64,000 nt of DNA. Source: Gemmatimonadales bacterium. Its GTDB lineage: Bacteria; Gemmatimonadota; Gemmatimonadetes; Gemmatimonadales; GWC2-71-9. The notes under the pieces are model-generated. The model saw only the letters and a list, made by a program, of their open reading frames with translations. It did no database searches and had not been told where the DNA came from. Each line of letters opens with the position of its first letter. The stretch's first letter is position 1. Of this stretch, positions 60,172-64,000 are shown piece by piece. A program made the translations under genes and the position numbers. The stretch is from positions 1 to 64,000 of the forward strand of contig JBFJCP010000003.1 of the NCBI GenBank assembly GCA_041615815.1. Direction: 5' to 3'.

Positions 60172-61278
60172 CTACGCGCGCCGATAGCTCATCGCCTCCA
60201 CCACCCGGGCCTTGGCCATGGCCACCGCCGCCACACGCGGCATCACGTGATCGGAGCGCGCACGCTCCAAGACCTCGGACGTGTTGTCCCGAATGCTGTC
60301 CTCGATCGTGACCATCGCCTGGCCCTCCGTCCCCCCACCGTACTCCACCGCTGCGCAGATCACGCCACCCGCATTCGCGATGAAATCGGGAACGCTCACG
60401 ATCCCCTGTTCGTGCATCCACCGCTCGGCACCTTCGGTGGCGGGAATGTTCGCACCCTGCAGCACCAGCCTCGCCTTGAGCCGACGTACGTTGTCCTCGT
60501 GCAGCACGTCGGGCCGCGCGGCGGGTATCCAAATGTCGCACTCCACGGCGATCAGCTCGTCCCGTTCCAACCCACGCCCGCCGGGAAACGTGTGGACGGG
60601 TGAGTCCGCATCCTTGTGGGCGATCAGCGCCGCGACATCCAGTCCCTCGGGATCCACGACGGCGCCCCGACTGTCCGAAGCGGCTACCAAGGTGGCCCCC
60701 CGCTTCATGAGGCATCGGGCGGCGTGTTTCCCCACGGCGCCAAAACCCTGAACCGCGACTCGCGCGCCTTGCAGCTCGATCCCGGCCACGGGGGCCGCCA
60801 CTTCGGCCGCCACCGCGAGCCCGAACCCCGTCGCTCCGATCTCATCCAAGGGAATGCCGCCGAGCACCTGCGGAAGCCCCACCACCCGGCCAATCTCATC
60901 CTGCACCCATGCCATGCACTCCTCATCCGTTCCCATGTCCGGGCCCGGGATGTAGTCCTCCAGATCCCGAATCGCGCGCGCAAACGTCCGCATCACCATC
61001 TCCTTGCACTCGCGCTCCACCGTCGGGTCTGCCAGGATCCCAGCCTTCCCGCCACCGTGGGCCAGCCCAGCGGCTGCATTCTTGAAGGTCATGGCGCGGG
61101 CCAGACGCCCTACCTCCTCCGCCGTCACGTCGGGCGCCATGCGGATGCCACCCACCGCCGGGCCGCAGGCGATGTTGTCGACCACCACCACCGCCTCGAG
61201 TCCCGAGCGGGGCTCCCGAACGGCGAGCACCTTGAATGGGCCGAACTCGTCTCTCGATCCGTGCATTGCCAGATCCAT
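60172..61278 (-). CDS. Glu/Leu/Phe/Val dehydrogenase
   Basis: GPAVGGIR, MTFK, GGGKAG, PGPDMGT, ATGFG, QGFGAVG, GAN, PDFIANAGGV. Confidence 0.9.
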   Translation of the reverse strand: MDLAMHGSRDEFGPFKVLAVREPRSGLEAVVVVDNIACGPAVGGIRMAPDVTAEEVGRLARAMTFKNAAAGLAHGGGKAGILADPTVERECKEMVMRTFARAIRDLEDYIPGPDMGTDEECMAWVQDEIGRVVGLPQVLGGIPLDEIGATGFGLAVAAEVAAPVAGIELQGARVAVQGFGAVGKHAARCLMKRGATLVAASDSRGAVVDPEGLDVAALIAHKDADSPVHTFPGGRGLERDELIAVECDIWIPAARPDVLHEDNVRRLKARLVLQGANIPATEGAERWMHEQGIVSVPDFIANAGGVICAAVEYGGGTEGQAMVTIEDSIRDNTSEVLERARSDHVMPRVAAVAMAKARVVEAMSYRRA

Positions 61279-61513
61279 GGATGGCCTGCCTCCTCGAGAG
61301 CCAGCGCCTCGGGGTAGTTCGCGTTCAAACGCCCCACCCCGCTCCACATGTACCCCACGCTGCCTGCCGGTGGATGAAAGCACAGTGAAGTCCCCCACAG
61401 AAGATCATCCCCGGTCCCACGGAGGACCCTGCATTGGAGGACCACCTTCGACGTGCCGGTACGCGAGCAGTCCACGCGTGGTGCGCGCTTCGCGTGTTGG
61501 CCAGTCCGTCTCG

Positions 61514-63067
61514 TTACACAGGCCGATCCAGACTCCGATACTGCACGGCCTCGCTCAGGTGGGCGGATTCGATGGTCTCGCGGTCTGCGAGATCGGCAAT
61601 GGTGCGGGAGATCTTGAGGATACGATGATACGCTCGTGCCGAAAGCCGGAGGCGCCCGATAGCCATCTTGAGCAGTCCATCCGCTTCGTCCCCAAGTCCA
61701 CAAAACCGGCGGAGCTCACGGGGCGCCATGTGGGCGTTGGCAAAGAGACCCGGACGGCCCGCAAACCGGGCGAGCTGGCGCCGGCGGGCCCGGTTCACCC
61801 GCTCTCGAATCACGCTGCTTGTTTCGCCGCTCCGCTCGCACGAGAGCTCGCGATGGGGAACCGCCGGCACCTCTACGTGGATATCGATCCGGTCGAGGAG
61901 CGGCCCGGAGAGTCGTGAGAGATACCGACCCACTTCCAACGGATTGCACGAGCACGGGTGCCCTGGATCGGCGTGGTGCCCGCACGGACACGGGTTCATC
62001 GCGGCGGCGAGCATGAAGCGCGCGGGGTAGCAGAGCGTCGTGACGGCCCGGGAAATGGTGACGACGTGATCCTCGAGCGGCTGCCGTAGCACCTCCAGCA
62101 CGTGTTTGCGAAACTCGGGAAGCTCGTCGAGAAACAGCACGCCGCCATGGGCGAGGCTCACCTCGCCCGGCCGTGGGAACGAGCCGCCACCAATCAGTCC
62201 CGCGTCGCTGATCGTGTGATGAGGCGAGCGAAAGGGCCGCATGGTCACCAGTGGCTGCCCTGGCGGCAGCACTCCGGCCACGCTGTGGATCTTGGTCGTC
62301 TCCAACGCCTCTTCGAGCGTCATCTCGGGCAGAATCGTGGAGAGACGCCGGGCGAGCATCGTCTTTCCAGATCCCGGCGGGCCAATGAGCAGCACGTTGT
62401 GACCACCGGCTGCAGCGACTTCCAGCGCCCGCTTCGCGTGTTCCTGGCCGCGGACCTCCGCAAAGTCGACCGCATCCGGCGCCGCCCGGCCAAACAGGCT
62501 CGCGGTGTCGACCAGGGCGCGCCGCAACCTCCCACCTCGACCAAAGAACGCGACCGCATCAGCCAACGAGCCCGCCCCCAACACCTCGATGTCGGCAACC
62601 ACGCCCGCCTCCTCGAGATTGGGCTCGGGCACGATGACCCCCCGATACCCCGCGGCCTTGGCCCGGACCGCCACCGGCAACGCGCCGCGAACCGGACGGA
62701 CCGCCCCCTCCAGCCCCAACTCGCCCAGAACGAGATACTCCGCAAAGCGCTGTCGGGATGACCGCGCATCCGCCGGCCCACCGATCTGTCCCGTGGCCGC
62801 GAGAATACCCAGCGCAATCGGCAGATCGAACGCAGATCCGTCTTTCCGGACGTCGGCTGGGGCGAGATTGACGGTGATCCGCTTGAGGGGAAACTCGTAT
62901 CCGGAGTTGGCGATGGCGGCCCCCACACGTTCTCGCCCCTCTTTCACGGCTCCCTGCGGCAGACCGACCGTGGTGAACGAGGGGAGACCGTTGGCGATGT
63001 CCGCTTCGACATCGACCAGGTACGCGTCGATCCCGAGGACCGCCGCCGAGCGGACACGCGCCAGCAT
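61514..63067 (-). CDS. comM: YifB/ComM Mg-chelatase-like AAA ATPase
   Basis: VGLP..AVKE, NLAPA, GPPGSGKTM, PGEVSLAH, NPCPCG, SGPLLDRID. Confidence 0.92.
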   Translation of the reverse strand: MLARVRSAAVLGIDAYLVDVEADIANGLPSFTTVGLPQGAVKEGRERVGAAIANSGYEFPLKRITVNLAPADVRKDGSAFDLPIALGILAATGQIGGPADARSSRQRFAEYLVLGELGLEGAVRPVRGALPVAVRAKAAGYRGVIVPEPNLEEAGVVADIEVLGAGSLADAVAFFGRGGRLRRALVDTASLFGRAAPDAVDFAEVRGQEHAKRALEVAAAGGHNVLLIGPPGSGKTMLARRLSTILPEMTLEEALETTKIHSVAGVLPPGQPLVTMRPFRSPHHTISDAGLIGGGSFPRPGEVSLAHGGVLFLDELPEFRKHVLEVLRQPLEDHVVTISRAVTTLCYPARFMLAAAMNPCPCGHHADPGHPCSCNPLEVGRYLSRLSGPLLDRIDIHVEVPAVPHRELSCERSGETSSVIRERVNRARRRQLARFAGRPGLFANAHMAPRELRRFCGLGDEADGLLKMAIGRLRLSARAYHRILKISRTIADLADRETIESAHLSEAVQYRSLDRPV

Positions 63068-63151
63068 GTCGATAGGCTAGCGGCATCTCGCCTTCGGGCG
63101 GAATCCGCCTGACGCAGCCTGGGCCTCATTCACGCGGTGCCAGGGCAGGCA

Positions 63152-63709
63152 TCACCAATCCCGAGCGGCAACGAAATCGACCAACGCCGTAACGCGCCGA
63201 TCGACCGACCCCCGGAGCTCCAGCACGTGCACTCCGTATTCGTCCATCAAGGTCCGCAAGCGGTCCGAGACGGCTGCCTGATAGACCGGGTCGATTGCCC
63301 GCTCGCCGTCCGGCACCGGTCGAAACTCCACGGGCAGGAAACCATAGGCATCGAAGAAGCGCGTCTCATGCCGAACGATCTCGGCCAACAGGTCCACGAG
63401 CTCGACCGGAATGGCGGGGTCGTCGTTGACCAGAACGTAGGCCAAGAGGTCGATCAGCGACCGATCCGACAGCAGGAGCGGCGCTTCAAACGCGCTTCGC
63501 TCGGCCGCGAGCTGTTGGCGGATGTACAAGAGGTAGGATGAGACCGTCGCACCACGATCCAGGGCATATCCCGCCGCCAGGACCTGACGGGCAACCTCCC
63601 CGATCATGGTGGGCTGACGGCCGGCCGCCCGGAGACGCGGGATGGCGGCCTCGATCAGCGTCGTCTTCCCGGTGGAAAAGGCGCCGGAGATGGAAAGGCG
63701 GACGGTCAT
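63152..63709 (-). CDS. P-loop nucleotide-kinase-like protein (AAA_28/NadR-kinase-like)
   Basis: ISGAFSTGKTTL, EVAR, SDRSLID.LAY, DGER. Confidence 0.7.
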   Translation of the reverse strand: MTVRLSISGAFSTGKTTLIEAAIPRLRAAGRQPTMIGEVARQVLAAGYALDRGATVSSYLLYIRQQLAAERSAFEAPLLLSDRSLIDLLAYVLVNDDPAIPVELVDLLAEIVRHETRFFDAYGFLPVEFRPVPDGERAIDPVYQAAVSDRLRTLMDEYGVHVLELRGSVDRRVTALVDFVAARDW

Positions 63710-63839
63710 GGTCGATGACGCGTTCGCGCGCGCACAGCACCAGGAACCATGCACGAAAGTGCGCTCGGGGCCACCCTCGGGACAACCCACCTGCCGCGGC
63801 CGGTAGCGCGGCGACACGGAGCGTTGTATCGATCAGGGC

Positions 63840-64000
63840 ATGACCGACATCCCGCTGAAGCGCCTGCACGACGATGCCACGCTCCCGACGCGCGCCACCG
63901 CCGGAGCTTACGGGTATGACCTCGCGACGGCGGACGAGGTCGCCATCGGCCCCCGCGAAACGACGATCGTGGAATGCGGTTTTCAGCTAGCTCACGACCT
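63840..64000 (+). CDS. dUTPase-like protein, 5' part (truncated by window)
   Basis: MTDIPLKRLHDDATLPTRATAGAYGYDL..I.P.E...V..G resembles the trimeric dUTPase N-terminus. Confidence 0.65.
   Translation, partial: MTDIPLKRLHDDATLPTRATAGAYGYDLATADEVAIGPRETTIVECGFQLAHD

Noticed and set aside
1..64000. CRISPR array, IS/transposase, integrase, prophage, rRNA
   Set aside because: No regularly spaced repeats or recognisable mobile-element proteins seen by eye

Overview
High-GC bacterial chromosomal window, mostly housekeeping. By inference from gene content, gene order and a short sigma-70 lacking region 1.1, it comes from a diderm, probably Gemmatimonadota or an FCB relative. Layout: tRNA-Gln(TTG), then an ~8 kb accessory block (APC permease, AKR-Rid fusion, PQQ sugar dehydrogenase, VOC, GNAT and a glutaredoxin missed by the ORF track). 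This is followed by prs-rplY-pth-hppA-ychF, rpsF-rpsR-DUF2232-rplI-DAK2/DegV-rsfS-two SPOR genes-smc-S8 protease, RNase Z-like-DAHP synthase-lolA, and rpmE-prfA-prmC-YlbF-tmk-S41 on the minus strand. Next is a Crp / MBL hydrolase / CsgG-like / MlaE-MlaF*-MlaD / GAF-HD-GYP cluster, then sigma70, rimO-hemL-SpoIID-OMP-Gfo-lnt-hydantoinase A/B (minus), larE-thpR-hypothetical-sigma54 activator (minus), surface proteins, an amino-acid dehydrogenase, comM/yifB, a P-loop kinase-like gene and the start of a dUTPase-like gene. Main findings: (1) a probable selenoprotein glutaredoxin (UPYC) with an in-frame TGA and a SECIS-like hairpin; (2) an Mla/MCE module whose ATPase has lost every catalytic motif, embedded in a cyclic-nucleotide signalling cluster; (3) pth has no canonical start codon and is in frame with the rplY stop; (4) dispersed self-complementary 7-mer and 9-mer intergenic repeat arrays. 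No CRISPR array, transposase, integrase or rRNA was recognised. Family assignments come from motif recognition by eye, not from database searches.
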